Shown: piece by piece, positions 1 through 7,886 of the stretch
How the letters are laid out: each line of letters opens with the position of its first letter
How positions within the stretch are numbered: position 1 is the stretch's first letter
Source: a virus
Lineage: Duplodnaviria > Caudoviricetes
Length of the DNA stretch: 38,373 nt
Reading direction: 5' to 3' (one strand)
Virus record (IMG/VR): IMGVR_UViG_3300027819_000003
Coordinates: 1 to 38,373 of that record
Made by a program: the position numbers and the translations under genes
The notes under the pieces: generated by a model
What the model was told of the DNA's origin: nothing
The model's database searches: none
What the model saw: the letters and a program-made list of their open reading frames with translations, nothing else

Positions 1-97
1 AGCAAATGTATACAATCCTCTTCGTGCGGCATTAGGGTAGCCTCTGGATTAGCACCACGATAACCAGCAGCATCAGTCAGCCTACAGCAATCTACGC
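1..97. repeat. Terminal direct repeat, left copy (circular contig overlap)
   Basis: 1-97 is identical to 38277-38373. Confidence 0.97.
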
Positions 98-278
98 AAT
101 AGCCCATGCCGTTGTAGGTGGCCCAGTTAGGCTCTACCTCTTGGAGCATATCCAACAGCACTGCACGCTCGGCTAGGAACTTGTACACATCTCTGGCTAC
201 CAGATAGTCAATACTGGCAAATAGGTCTGTTATCCCCTGTACTTCGTCCTCAGTCAGTATCTTGTCTGCGTCCATCAT
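1..278 (-). CDS. Hypothetical 105-aa protein spanning the circular junction (5' part; ends at 38237)
   Basis: Manual translation MMDADKILTEDEVQ...CVDCCR...KAGRSK* is open across the join; upstream AAGGAGG RBS; stop overlaps the GTG of the next gene. Confidence 0.7.
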   Translation of the reverse strand, partial: MMDADKILTEDEVQGITDLFASIDYLVARDVYKFLAERAVLLDMLQEVEPNWATYNGMGYCVDCCRLTDAAGYRGANPEATLMPHEEDCIHL

Positions 279-366
279 TCCCCTCCTTCCAACTCTTTAG
301 TATCGCCAAAAACCGCCCTCTGGGTCTGACCCTCTAGGGCCTGTGAGTATATTTCTTCCAGCCTGT

Positions 367-744
367 TCATACATCCATCTCCATTATCTCCATCTCTACC
401 CGTGGCGCCTTGGCGTCTATAAACCGCTTCCAATGGCCGGCAGCGATACGGCCATCTCCACGTGGTCCGAACACGGCATCAAAGAGGCACTTAAAAGTAT
501 TCTGCACGTCGGCCTGGCTGTTGGCTAAATAGACATCCATCTTCACGATGTACTCTACGTTATCCTTGCGCCTGAAGCCTTGAGCTTGTGCTTCGGCCTC
601 AATGATAGAAAGCATGGACTTATACGCCTGTGTGTTGTATAACACTGGTCTACCATCTTTATGGAGACCCGCACTATACTTGTTGTTATCCGATATGGGT
701 AGGCTCAATTGTAGGTGATAGACAGTCATCTTGTGTGCCACCAA
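367..744 (-). CDS. RusA-like Holliday junction resolvase
   Basis: ADVQNTFKCLFDAV...D motif resembles RusA DxDNxxKxxxD; C-terminal PRVEMEI; size fits. Confidence 0.7.
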   Translation of the reverse strand: MVAHKMTVYHLQLSLPISDNNKYSAGLHKDGRPVLYNTQAYKSMLSIIEAEAQAQGFRRKDNVEYIVKMDVYLANSQADVQNTFKCLFDAVFGPRGDGRIAAGHWKRFIDAKAPRVEMEIMEMDV

Positions 745-947
745 TTAAAAGCACGCCGCAGGAAGTACGAGCGTACCAGGCTCACGACCGTGAACACGGC
801 TCCTATCGCAAGGTTATCGCTCACGCTGGCCTCTATTTCGAACAGCGGAAATGTCACGACCTGCGTGAGGATGGCTATCCAGTAGCCGATAGCTATGTTA
901 ATGATCGCCTCTAGCAGGCTGTGTTTTCGTGTCTGGCCTATTCTCAT
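726..947 (-). CDS. Small conserved phage membrane protein (DUF7220-like)
   Basis: QTRKHSLLEAIINIAIGY...SLVRSYFLRRAFN pattern; two hydrophobic segments. Confidence 0.75.
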   Translation of the reverse strand: MRIGQTRKHSLLEAIINIAIGYWIAILTQVVTFPLFEIEASVSDNLAIGAVFTVVSLVRSYFLRRAFNWWHTR

Positions 948-1882
948 ATCAACCTCTGCTGTCCTGCGTATTTACAATGCGGCGAGTAGAACAACGCTTC
1001 GCGGAAGCGGTTCTTGTTGCCCTTCGCTCCGTAGCCGCGGACCGCCTTCCACGTCTCAACCTTCCATCCGCGCTCCAGCAGCCACTCATGCTCCTCATAG
1101 TAGCCCGCGAGAACTATCCGGTATGACGGCCTGTCGCCGCGTTCTACGCACCACTTCGCCACGTCCTGCGCCACCGTCAAGCTCTCCTGGTGATAGAGCG
1201 TAGGATCGCGGTCTTCCACCCCATAAGGTGGATCGAAGAACATGCCGACATCACCTACAGTATCCTGCCAGTCGCCTCCGCAGACCCGCGTCCAGTCGCC
1301 CGCCACAACGCGGGCGTACCGCAGTCGCTCCGAGAGACGACGGAACCACTCGTAGATGTTGGTGTTGTACGGCTCCTGCACGCCGGTCCCGCCGCTGCCA
1401 ATGTGCGGGATCTGCCCCAGGGCGTGCACGCCCATCCCGCCGTGGCCAACGTGCGGGATGGGCCCCAGGCTGGTGAGTCCTGACCCTATCCAACACGATG
1501 CGGCCCATATCCAGTAGCCCGCGAGCTTGGCGTCATAATATGTCTCATCGGCCATGAGATGATCTGATAACGCCTCGCCCTCGGCTATGAGCCTCCGCTT
1601 CCGGGCGCTGAGATCGAAGTGGTTCACCGGCCAGTCGCACCACTTTGCCACCTCGTCAGGGTCGGCCTGCAGCGCCCGCCAAACGTTGGCGACGTAGCCG
1701 TCTGCGTCCACCACTGTCTCTATATGCTCACCCTGGACGTAGTGAGGCCGCGCTAGGAGTACCGCGCCGGAGCCGAAGAACGGCTCTATGTATGTTTTGG
1801 GCTGGCCCAGTGCCTGCCACACCTTGTGTGCGATGGTGGCTTTTCCTCCAAAATATGGCATGGGAGCCTTGAGATCACTCAT
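944..1882 (-). CDS. DNA adenine methyltransferase (Dam/D12 class)
   Basis: PYFGGK, YIEPFFGSGAV (SAM binding) and catalytic DPPY; start MSDLK follows GAGGGAG. Confidence 0.92.
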   Translation of the reverse strand: MSDLKAPMPYFGGKATIAHKVWQALGQPKTYIEPFFGSGAVLLARPHYVQGEHIETVVDADGYVANVWRALQADPDEVAKWCDWPVNHFDLSARKRRLIAEGEALSDHLMADETYYDAKLAGYWIWAASCWIGSGLTSLGPIPHVGHGGMGVHALGQIPHIGSGGTGVQEPYNTNIYEWFRRLSERLRYARVVAGDWTRVCGGDWQDTVGDVGMFFDPPYGVEDRDPTLYHQESLTVAQDVAKWCVERGDRPSYRIVLAGYYEEHEWLLERGWKVETWKAVRGYGAKGNKNRFREALFYSPHCKYAGQQRLI

Positions 1883-2489
1883 ACCATACTCCCTCATCTG
1901 CGTTGGGAAACTGCCGCACGCTCGCCTCCTGCTTACGCTTCCGGTAATTCGCCCGCCGAAGATCTAGCACGTGCTGCCGGTATACGGGATCAGTCTTATA
2001 CCTGAGCCTGTACCTCTCTCGATCGCGCTCCCTGATCTTCGCTCTGTTTTTGGCCTGCCACTTCTTAACCGCCCTGTTCTGTATCGCCAAATACTGCTCG
2101 CGGTGATCTCTCTGCCATCGGCGAGTGGCGGCATGTTGTTTGGCCTTTTTACCCTCTACGTGGTGGTAATAATAGCGGTGTCTGCAATTGCCATCCGCGA
2201 ACTGTAGCTTGGGATAGACCACTTCATTGCCGCATCCGCACAGGCAAGGATGGGGAGCCATGCGACAAGCCTCACACCGCTGACCTGCGGGTGTTGCTGT
2301 GCCACAGACACGGCACACTGCTTTCCGTGTTTGAGCGTGTCCCTCCCGCTGGGCGCTCTGGTAGTCCGGGTGCTTGTTGGCGATCTGCCGCACCCTCTCC
2401 CTGGTGATACCCAACTGAGCGCCGATACTCTCCAGCGTCATCCCTGACCGCATCTGCTCTATGATACCTGGTACTCGTGCATCCATCAT
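1875..2489 (-). CDS. Sigma70 region-4-like HTH protein with Cys clusters and basic tail
   Basis: TLESIGAQLGITRERVRQI; CRVC, CEAC, CLCGCG; start overlaps the upstream stop. Confidence 0.75.
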   Translation of the reverse strand: MMDARVPGIIEQMRSGMTLESIGAQLGITRERVRQIANKHPDYQSAQREGHAQTRKAVCRVCGTATPAGQRCEACRMAPHPCLCGCGNEVVYPKLQFADGNCRHRYYYHHVEGKKAKQHAATRRWQRDHREQYLAIQNRAVKKWQAKNRAKIRERDRERYRLRYKTDPVYRQHVLDLRRANYRKRKQEASVRQFPNADEGVWYE

Positions 2490-2746
2490 CTCGCCTCCTG
2501 TCGTTGCTTCTTGATCGCCACGCAGTCCGGGCAGTCGCCCTGGAATATGTGTGCTATCCCCGTGAGTATCCCGCAGATGGAGCACTGGGGGTGATCGTGT
2601 AGCGGCTTACCGTCGATCTCGCAGTCACCCTTGAGCGATCTCCACTTGCGGCGGCCAGCGCACGATAAGCACAAGTGGAGGCCGGCGTTAACCTTGTGGA
2701 CTTCGCGATGGTCTCCGCACTGTGGGCAGTCTCGGTAGTAGATCAT
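2486..2746 (-). CDS. Zn-finger hypothetical protein
   Basis: Four CxxC motifs; ATGA coupling. Confidence 0.65.
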   Translation of the reverse strand: MIYYRDCPQCGDHREVHKVNAGLHLCLSCAGRRKWRSLKGDCEIDGKPLHDHPQCSICGILTGIAHIFQGDCPDCVAIKKQRQEAR

Positions 2747-3180
2747 TCGCTCACCGCCTTCGAGCACGACCACGGACGCCAGGAGTACGCTCGCCACAGC
2801 CTGATAGACCACAATATCCTGTCGCGCTCAACATATATTGATAGACCCGCCATCTCCATCGGCTGTTGGTGGTACGTCGGCATAACCTGTAACTGACCAA
2901 GCTCTCCAAGCAGTCCGACAGCGTTGGTGTCGTAACGGCTCTCACACCAGGCGACGGGTAGAAAGTCGTGCCCGAAGTCACCGGGCGCTATGATACGCTC
3001 GTTGACGGTGGAGCCGACGACCGCGTAGCCGAAGTCCTCTACTAGCTGCTCATAGCTGATGGACGTGCCGGACTCGACGAAATCGGCGTCGGGTCCGAAG
3101 GCGAACGCTCGGCCAGTCTGACAACTCAGTACGATGATGAGCAGCGCGAGTGGCGTGAGTAATAGTACAAGTCCCTTCAT
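2743..3180 (-). CDS. Secreted or membrane-anchored lytic transglycosylase (SLT/lysozyme-like)
   Basis: N-terminal hydrophobic signal; VAWCESRYDTNAVG, GQLQV, WRPWSC motifs. Confidence 0.8.
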   Translation of the reverse strand: MKGLVLLLTPLALLIIVLSCQTGRAFAFGPDADFVESGTSISYEQLVEDFGYAVVGSTVNERIIAPGDFGHDFLPVAWCESRYDTNAVGLLGELGQLQVMPTYHQQPMEMAGLSIYVERDRILWSIRLWRAYSWRPWSCSKAVSE

Positions 3181-3368
3181 CGGCTCACCTTTTGCCATCC
3201 CACTTTCTCCTTCTGCTCGATCTCCCAGAGCGCCTTGTACGGGTGACTCTTGACGTAGTGCTGGTACAGAGCGAGTGTTGATGTATGCTCAAAGCCCAGC
3301 GCCAGCAGCAGGCCGCACTCCGCGCAGGGTATTGTTGCCCTCCAATCAGGTCTGTATGTCGCTGTCAC
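3177..3368 (-). CDS. Small C2H2-like Zn-finger protein
   Basis: CAEC...HYVKSH; GTG start after GGAGG, coupled to neighbours. Confidence 0.55.
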   Translation of the reverse strand: MTATYRPDWRATIPCAECGLLLALGFEHTSTLALYQHYVKSHPYKALWEIEQKEKVGWQKVSR

Positions 3369-3451
3369 CGGCTCACCTCCGTCAAAAACAGGCAGTACAG
3401 CAGCCAGAGTACCGCTATCCATAGAACTGTGTACACCACGCCTGTGTTCAT
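3365..3451 (-). CDS. Single-TM peptide (28 aa)
   Basis: MNTGVVYTVLWIAVLWLLYCLFLTEVSR; overlapping start and stop on both sides. Confidence 0.55.
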   Translation of the reverse strand: MNTGVVYTVLWIAVLWLLYCLFLTEVSR

Positions 3452-3636
3452 CGATCCCCCTTTAAGAATGCCTGCCAGCAGACTGCATATACCACTCCCA
3501 AGGGGCCTCCTATAGCTATGCCTAGAGCGAACAACGCACCTACAGGACTGACATCCGTGGGCACATTCATCAACACAAGCCATAGCACAAATAAGATAAC
3601 TATCATGCCTAGCAGGAGAACGTCCCGGATGGTCAT
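3448..3636 (-). CDS. Two-TM membrane protein
   Basis: Two hydrophobic helices; ATGA coupling. Confidence 0.65.
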   Translation of the reverse strand: MTIRDVLLLGMIVILFVLWLVLMNVPTDVSPVGALFALGIAIGGPLGVVYAVCWQAFLKGDR

Positions 3637-3983
3637 TGCTGTGCTCGCTGTCCTGGTGACGGCTCGCACAGCTCAAACTCAACAGCGTAGCACCGTCGGC
3701 CTTCTGCTATCGTGTCACGCTTGCCGATAATCTTATTGATATAGGCCATGAAATAGGCCCAGGACTCAAAGCCCTCCGCCTGTGCTTCGGCTTCCGTCAT
3801 GTGGTCTAGCGGTTGCTCCCACACCCTCAGAATACGGATACGGAGGTCAGTCTTGTGATAGTAGCTGGTCTTGACTTGGTGGACTGACCCTGCCTTCACT
3901 CTGGGGCGACGCCAGAAACGGCGGGTCTGGGTTTTGTTGCCAGATCGGATAAGGTCAACCATCTCAGTCTTAAACAGGATCAC
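3633..3983 (-). CDS. ASCH domain protein
   Basis: ILFK...IRSGNKTQTRR and EAEAQAEGF motifs; GTG start after AAGGAG. Confidence 0.85.
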   Translation of the reverse strand: MILFKTEMVDLIRSGNKTQTRRFWRRPRVKAGSVHQVKTSYYHKTDLRIRILRVWEQPLDHMTEAEAQAEGFESWAYFMAYINKIIGKRDTIAEGRRCYAVEFELCEPSPGQRAQQ

Positions 3984-4013
3984 CTTGCGTCTCCTTCTGC
4001 GTCTATACTTCCG

Positions 4014-4089
4014 CCACACCCTCCCAGTGACCTCGGACTGGTGGCAACCGACCAAAGCGCCCATATCCGAGGTCACTGGGAGGGTGTGG
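4014..4089. repeat. Perfect 24-bp inverted repeat with 28-nt spacer (intergenic)
   Basis: CCACACCCTCCCAGTGACCTCGGA (4014-4037) and its reverse complement (4066-4089). Confidence 0.95.
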
Positions 4090-4106
4090 ATAGCCTTGCC
4101 TATACG

Positions 4107-4328
4107 TTATAACAAGTTTAGCTGACGTCCCTCTCCCTCTAGGTCTATGACCACTTCCAGCCCCTGGAACGCGGCGAGCCTGGCTGCCATCCTCACCGCT
4201 TGCTCGGCGGTATAGGTAAGCGTAAGGGTCAGGTGGGGACTCTCGTATGCCTCGCCGCCCTCATCCTTGATCTTCTTCGTGCTTAACGCCACCTTGTTTA
4301 CGATAGCTGGAAACCTGTAAGTATCCAT
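4107..4328 (-). CDS. Hypothetical protein
   Basis: MDTYRF start after AGGAGG; ends QLNLL. Confidence 0.65.
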   Translation of the reverse strand: MDTYRFPAIVNKVALSTKKIKDEGGEAYESPHLTLTLTYTAEQAVRMAARLAAFQGLEVVIDLEGEGRQLNLL

Positions 4329-4531
4329 TACTCTTCCTCCTTTTTCGTATAATACGGGCAGTCCTCGCCCGTTCTTGTGACTGGTGCATCCACGGCGCCC
4401 CAACAATGGCCCTCTTCTGGCTTATGTATAAGGCCAACCACAGAGATGCCCACGACTACTCGCGGAGGACGCCACCACTTGCAGTTGTGGCACAGCCGCT
4501 CTGTGGCTTGCTGTAGGGTCTCTGTGGTCAT
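4328..4531 (-). CDS. Cys-rich hypothetical protein
   Basis: CHNCKWW...HC...CPYY; coupled. Confidence 0.6.
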   Translation of the reverse strand: MTTETLQQATERLCHNCKWWRPPRVVVGISVVGLIHKPEEGHCWGAVDAPVTRTGEDCPYYTKKEEE

Positions 4532-4719
4532 ACGATCACCGCCATAATCTTACAGGATGGAGACTGTCGGTACACTGTCATGTCCTCAGTAAAGATGCAA
4601 AAGCATTTCGGGCACTCGCCTAAACGTACAGTTACCATAGACGGGACTGCTACAACGGGCCTGTCCAGCTGCGTATTGCAGTGCCAGCAGTACGATCTCC
4701 ATCCTGTAACTTTCGCCAT
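4528..4719 (-). CDS. Zn-ribbon hypothetical protein
   Basis: CWHC and CPKC; coupled. Confidence 0.6.
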   Translation of the reverse strand: MAKVTGWRSYCWHCNTQLDRPVVAVPSMVTVRLGECPKCFCIFTEDMTVYRQSPSCKIMAVIV

Positions 4720-4725
4720 GCGATT

Positions 4726-6039
4726 CTACCCTCCCGTTAGCCTCGCCTTATTGCGGTTGTACGCTGCTACCAGGTCGCTCTTGGCCTTGCCTTGCTTGAC
4801 CTCGCCTGGCACGTCGTTCCAGTGCTGGTTCAGCTCTTCCAGTGTAGCCGCTCCGTCGAAGGCCGCTACCCAGTCGCTAGCTACGGGTGCTTGTGGCGTT
4901 GCAGGCTCCGCGGCGTTTTCATTCTCTGGTACGAGCGTGGCCTGGTGCGGCTCACCATCAAGCGCGCTGTCGGACGGCGTGTCATCGTGCGGTACTTCGC
5001 GGGCTGTGCCTTCGATAGTACCCTCCGGCAGTTCAATCAACTCGCTATCCACCAACTCGCCGGTTTCTACGTCCACCACTCGCACCGAACGGGTCTCCGC
5101 TAGTTCTAGTCCATCCATCTCTTCTGGAAAGCCCTTCCGCCAGGCATGGGACTCGGCTCGGACCGCAAGCATGTTGAAGGGTCGTTCTTCATATTCCGGC
5201 TTGATTACTCTCGATTTCGTGTTAGTCCTATAGTCTGTCTTGGTTTCGTAAGCGAACTCTTCCCACCTGACTGTGGCCGTGAATGGGACTCGTTGACCCT
5301 GGACAATACGATAGACGGTTGCCCTACACCACTCAGGGTACTTACCATCAAGCAGTGCAGGGCTGTATACTGGGTCGTCAACACCTGCTGCTTCTCGCGT
5401 CTTGGCTGCTGTCGCTCTATACCCATCAATGCCGGTGATAATTGCCATGTCCTTTTCGTCGGCATAGCCCCACGATTTATCCGGCTTTTGCTCACGTCTC
5501 CGGAAGAAGACGGGGTATATCTGCTTCCTTATGGGGTCTAGCCCGCTCCGGATAGCCACGGCCATGAAGTAAAGAAACTGCTCGTCCGTGGCGTCCCTGG
5601 CTATCTGCTTCCGTATAATATTCAGCTGGTCAGGATTGTATACCTCTCCTGCCGCTTTGACTCGTTGTAGTGCCTGTTGTGTCATTGCCTTTTCCTCCTG
5701 TTTTAGTCCGGGCCACATCTCGCGGCCGATTCGAATAACGGCTCCGTTGCTGCCAATTTCATAGTCCCATCGCTCAGGGTCTTTTCTCCGCATCACACGG
5801 AGTGAGTTTGTAAATATTAAATCCTCCAAGCTGAATAGCCGCTCGCCCTGCCGCCATCGCTGTAGGTACTCGCAGAACTGTGACTTGGCGACACTCAAGG
5901 GGTGCTCTTTGTTGCGGCTACACTCGACGGTGTAGGCTCTGGTGTCCATCGCCATGCGTACAACAACACGGCTTCGGGCGCAGTCAGCCTCGGCACAGTA
6001 CGCCTTGCGAGCGAGCTTTTCAGCGGCGAGATAGTTCAC
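4726..6039 (-). CDS. bet: Bet/RecT-family ssDNA annealing recombinase; core start likely 5685, with in-frame 118-aa N-terminal extension
   Basis: ATDEQFLYFMAVAIRSGLDPIRKQIY, IITGIDGYR, RPFNMLAVRAESHAWRKGFPEEM; RBS before both GTG 6039 and ATG 5685. Confidence 0.88.
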   Translation of the reverse strand: MNYLAAEKLARKAYCAEADCARSRVVVRMAMDTRAYTVECSRNKEHPLSVAKSQFCEYLQRWRQGERLFSLEDLIFTNSLRVMRRKDPERWDYEIGSNGAVIRIGREMWPGLKQEEKAMTQQALQRVKAAGEVYNPDQLNIIRKQIARDATDEQFLYFMAVAIRSGLDPIRKQIYPVFFRRREQKPDKSWGYADEKDMAIITGIDGYRATAAKTREAAGVDDPVYSPALLDGKYPEWCRATVYRIVQGQRVPFTATVRWEEFAYETKTDYRTNTKSRVIKPEYEERPFNMLAVRAESHAWRKGFPEEMDGLELAETRSVRVVDVETGELVDSELIELPEGTIEGTAREVPHDDTPSDSALDGEPHQATLVPENENAAEPATPQAPVASDWVAAFDGAATLEELNQHWNDVPGEVKQGKAKSDLVAAYNRNKARLTGG

Positions 6040-6214
6040 AGCGCCTCCACCATTTCTTTTTCTCTGCGGCAAAACATTTTAGACATAGCCAGGGATGCTC
6101 TATTGTCTTGCCTCTATAGACTATGCTGTCTGTCAGTTTGTACGGAGCGAGTTCCGAGGCTAACTTGCCGCATCGGTCACACTGCCCGCCGACCATCGTT
6201 ATCCTCGTGCTCAC
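6020..6214 (-). CDS. Zn-finger hypothetical protein
   Basis: CDRC and CLKC; GTG after AAGGAG. Confidence 0.6.
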   Translation of the reverse strand: MSTRITMVGGQCDRCGKLASELAPYKLTDSIVYRGKTIEHPWLCLKCFAAEKKKWWRRCELSRR

Positions 6215-6495
6215 GCTTGCTCCTTCACTGCATCCAGCAGCCCGAGAATATGTAGCGCTGCCAGCCATCCGACGAGCTTACCGCCAGCAAAGCCTGTGTC
6301 ATATTCTCTGCGTCTATACAGGGCATCCCTAGACCGCAGCCTCGCCATCATCTCATCACTCGCCACAGGCCCCGCGGCAATGATGGCGTCGGCTAGGCCG
6401 GCGCTATGGGACATTAGCTGATCTGTATAATCTCCCTTTCCCCCATTCCAGCTAAAGTAGTCGTTGATAATCTCTATCAGCTTGTCTCTGGTCAT
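6211..6495 (-). CDS. Hypothetical protein
   Basis: Coupled ORF in leftward operon. Confidence 0.65.
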   Translation of the reverse strand: MTRDKLIEIINDYFSWNGGKGDYTDQLMSHSAGLADAIIAAGPVASDEMMARLRSRDALYRRREYDTGFAGGKLVGWLAALHILGLLDAVKEQA

Positions 6496-6707
6496 TGCTC
6501 CACCTCTGTCAGAGTGACACCGCTGGCCTCGACGGTTATAGCCGCTTTCTTGGCGTATATGCTAAGGGCCTCGGCTATCATGTCCTCGAACTCTCTCCGT
6601 ATAAGAAAGTTGCTCATAGGAGCGTCGGGGTCATCCTCCCATCCCGTCTCAAGCTCTAGGTACACCGTACCTGTGATCTTGACCTTCTTCAATGTCAACG
6701 GGTTCAT
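6492..6707 (-). CDS. Hypothetical protein
   Basis: Coupled ORF; AGGAGG RBS. Confidence 0.65.
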   Translation of the reverse strand: MNPLTLKKVKITGTVYLELETGWEDDPDAPMSNFLIRREFEDMIAEALSIYAKKAAITVEASGVTLTEVEQ

Positions 6708-6931
6708 TCCAGCGCCTCCTTGACCTGATTGTACAGCCCGGGCTCAAGGCCTGTGAGTAACAGCAGGTCTAGCGCCAGGTCAGCCGCATCCTGCAACGTG
6801 AAGTCCCAGTCTGCTATCACTCTGCTGGGCGCATCGAAAGATCGAAACTCTAGGCACAACATCCGGCTGCTGTAGCGGTCCGCTGTACGAGCAGCAAAAT
6901 ATCCCTCGCGCGGCGCGCTTTGCATTTCCAT
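6704..6931 (-). CDS. Hypothetical protein
   Basis: MEMQSAP start after AAGGAG. Confidence 0.6.
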   Translation of the reverse strand: MEMQSAPREGYFAARTADRYSSRMLCLEFRSFDAPSRVIADWDFTLQDAADLALDLLLLTGLEPGLYNQVKEALE

Positions 6932-7035
6932 TACCTGTTCTCCTTTTGCCATAGCCAGACCATAATTATCAGTATCCAGCCGATGGCGAGCAGGCTCCAT
7001 AGTGGCGATACTTCCAGCGGGTGATACCACATCAT
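6931..7035 (-). CDS. Single-TM peptide (34 aa, not in ORF track)
   Basis: MMWYHPLEVSPLWSLLAIGWILIIMVWLWQKENR*; fills the gap exactly with overlapping start and stop. Confidence 0.6.
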   Translation of the reverse strand: MMWYHPLEVSPLWSLLAIGWILIIMVWLWQKENR

Positions 7036-7277
7036 GATTGCTCCTTCCTCAGCAGGTCCCACGAGTACCACTCACCGTCCAGTCTGTACTGCCGCTTGGT
7101 GGACAGCTCAAACATGTGACTCACGCCAGGATAGCCACAGCAGACCAGCATCCAGACGTTGCCTCGACCTCCAACCCATCGGTGGTCCGTGACCGTCCGG
7201 GCGTCACACAGCGGGCAGAGAAACACCGTGTGGCGATGGTATTCGTACTCGCAGGGCTGTGTTATCGTTGTGGTCAT
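7032..7277 (-). CDS. Cys/His-containing hypothetical protein
   Basis: CPLC; ATGA coupling. Confidence 0.6.
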   Translation of the reverse strand: MTTTITQPCEYEYHRHTVFLCPLCDARTVTDHRWVGGRGNVWMLVCCGYPGVSHMFELSTKRQYRLDGEWYSWDLLRKEQS

Positions 7278-7456
7278 GATAGCCCGCCATAGCCATCGCC
7301 ATAGCCATCGCCATAGCCAGAGCCAGAGCCATCGCCATAGCCATCGCCATAGCCAGAGCCAGAGCCATCGCCATCGCCATCGCCATCGCCATCGCCATAG
7401 CCATAGCCAGAGCCATAGCCAGAGCCATCTAGTGTTAGTGTTAGGATATATTCCAT
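7274..7456 (-). CDS. Gly-rich (G-Y/D/S)n repeat protein
   Basis: GSGYGSGYGYGDGDG...; start after GGAGG; coupled to neighbours. Confidence 0.75.
   Translation of the reverse strand: MEYILTLTLDGSGYGSGYGYGDGDGDGDGDGSGSGYGDGYGDGSGSGYGDGYGDGYGGLS
7286..7429. repeat. Hexamer tandem array, 24 units of GCCATA/GCCATC/GCCAGA
   Basis: Directly visible. Confidence 0.95.
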
Positions 7457-7713
7457 TTGGACGCCTCCGTGTCCAGGATGCTGATTAACGCTCTCGCGCT
7501 AACGCGCACCGTTCCAACGGTGTCTACTTTGGTCTTTGCGGTCGGGCCTTCCAGCGCCAGTTGCCCTAGCCCTCGCTCTGTGCCCCAATATCTGATATTG
7601 CGAGCATTGGTGATGACGCACCAGTCGCCGTCGTGCTCAATATCGCCAACGTAGACAAACCCCCTGTCTAGCACCGCTATGCCGAATCCCTTTAAGACTG
7701 TTTTCTGTTCCAT
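7441..7713 (-). CDS. DUF6948-like small beta protein, typically paired with Gly-rich repeat ORFs
   Basis: AVLDRGFVYVG...NARNIRYWGTERGLGQLALEGP. Confidence 0.7.
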   Translation of the reverse strand: MEQKTVLKGFGIAVLDRGFVYVGDIEHDGDWCVITNARNIRYWGTERGLGQLALEGPTAKTKVDTVGTVRVSARALISILDTEASKWNIS

Positions 7714-7783
7714 TAGTCCCTCCATCGCTAGTTTTCACGGCCCGCTTCGCCCGGAGTTCCCGGCTCCACGAACCGTCAACGTC

Positions 7784-7812
7784 ATACTAGCACATGGTCG
7801 TGAGGCTGTCAA
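7784..7812 (-). promoter_or_regulatory. Sigma70-type promoter for leftward early operon
   Basis: TTGACA-17-TAGTAT with extended TG. Confidence 0.8.
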
Positions 7813-7851
7813 GCATTTTTTTAAGCTAAATGGCTAAGCTGGAAAAATATC

Positions 7852-7880
7852 TTGACGTGAGCTTACAGGATAGGTATTAT
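7852..7880 (+). promoter_or_regulatory. Sigma70-type promoter for HTH regulator (leaderless mRNA)
   Basis: TTGACG-17-TATTAT; ATG at 7887. Confidence 0.75.
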
Positions 7881-7886
7881 AGGTAC

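Noticed and set aside
1875-2489. Phage-encoded sigma factor
   Set aside because: Only a region-4-like HTH is present; no region 2
7286-7429. Repeat array as CRISPR, or as the MALAMA and HSHRHS ORFs
   Set aside because: 6-bp units without spacers; only the Gly-rich frame has an RBS and coupling to neighbours
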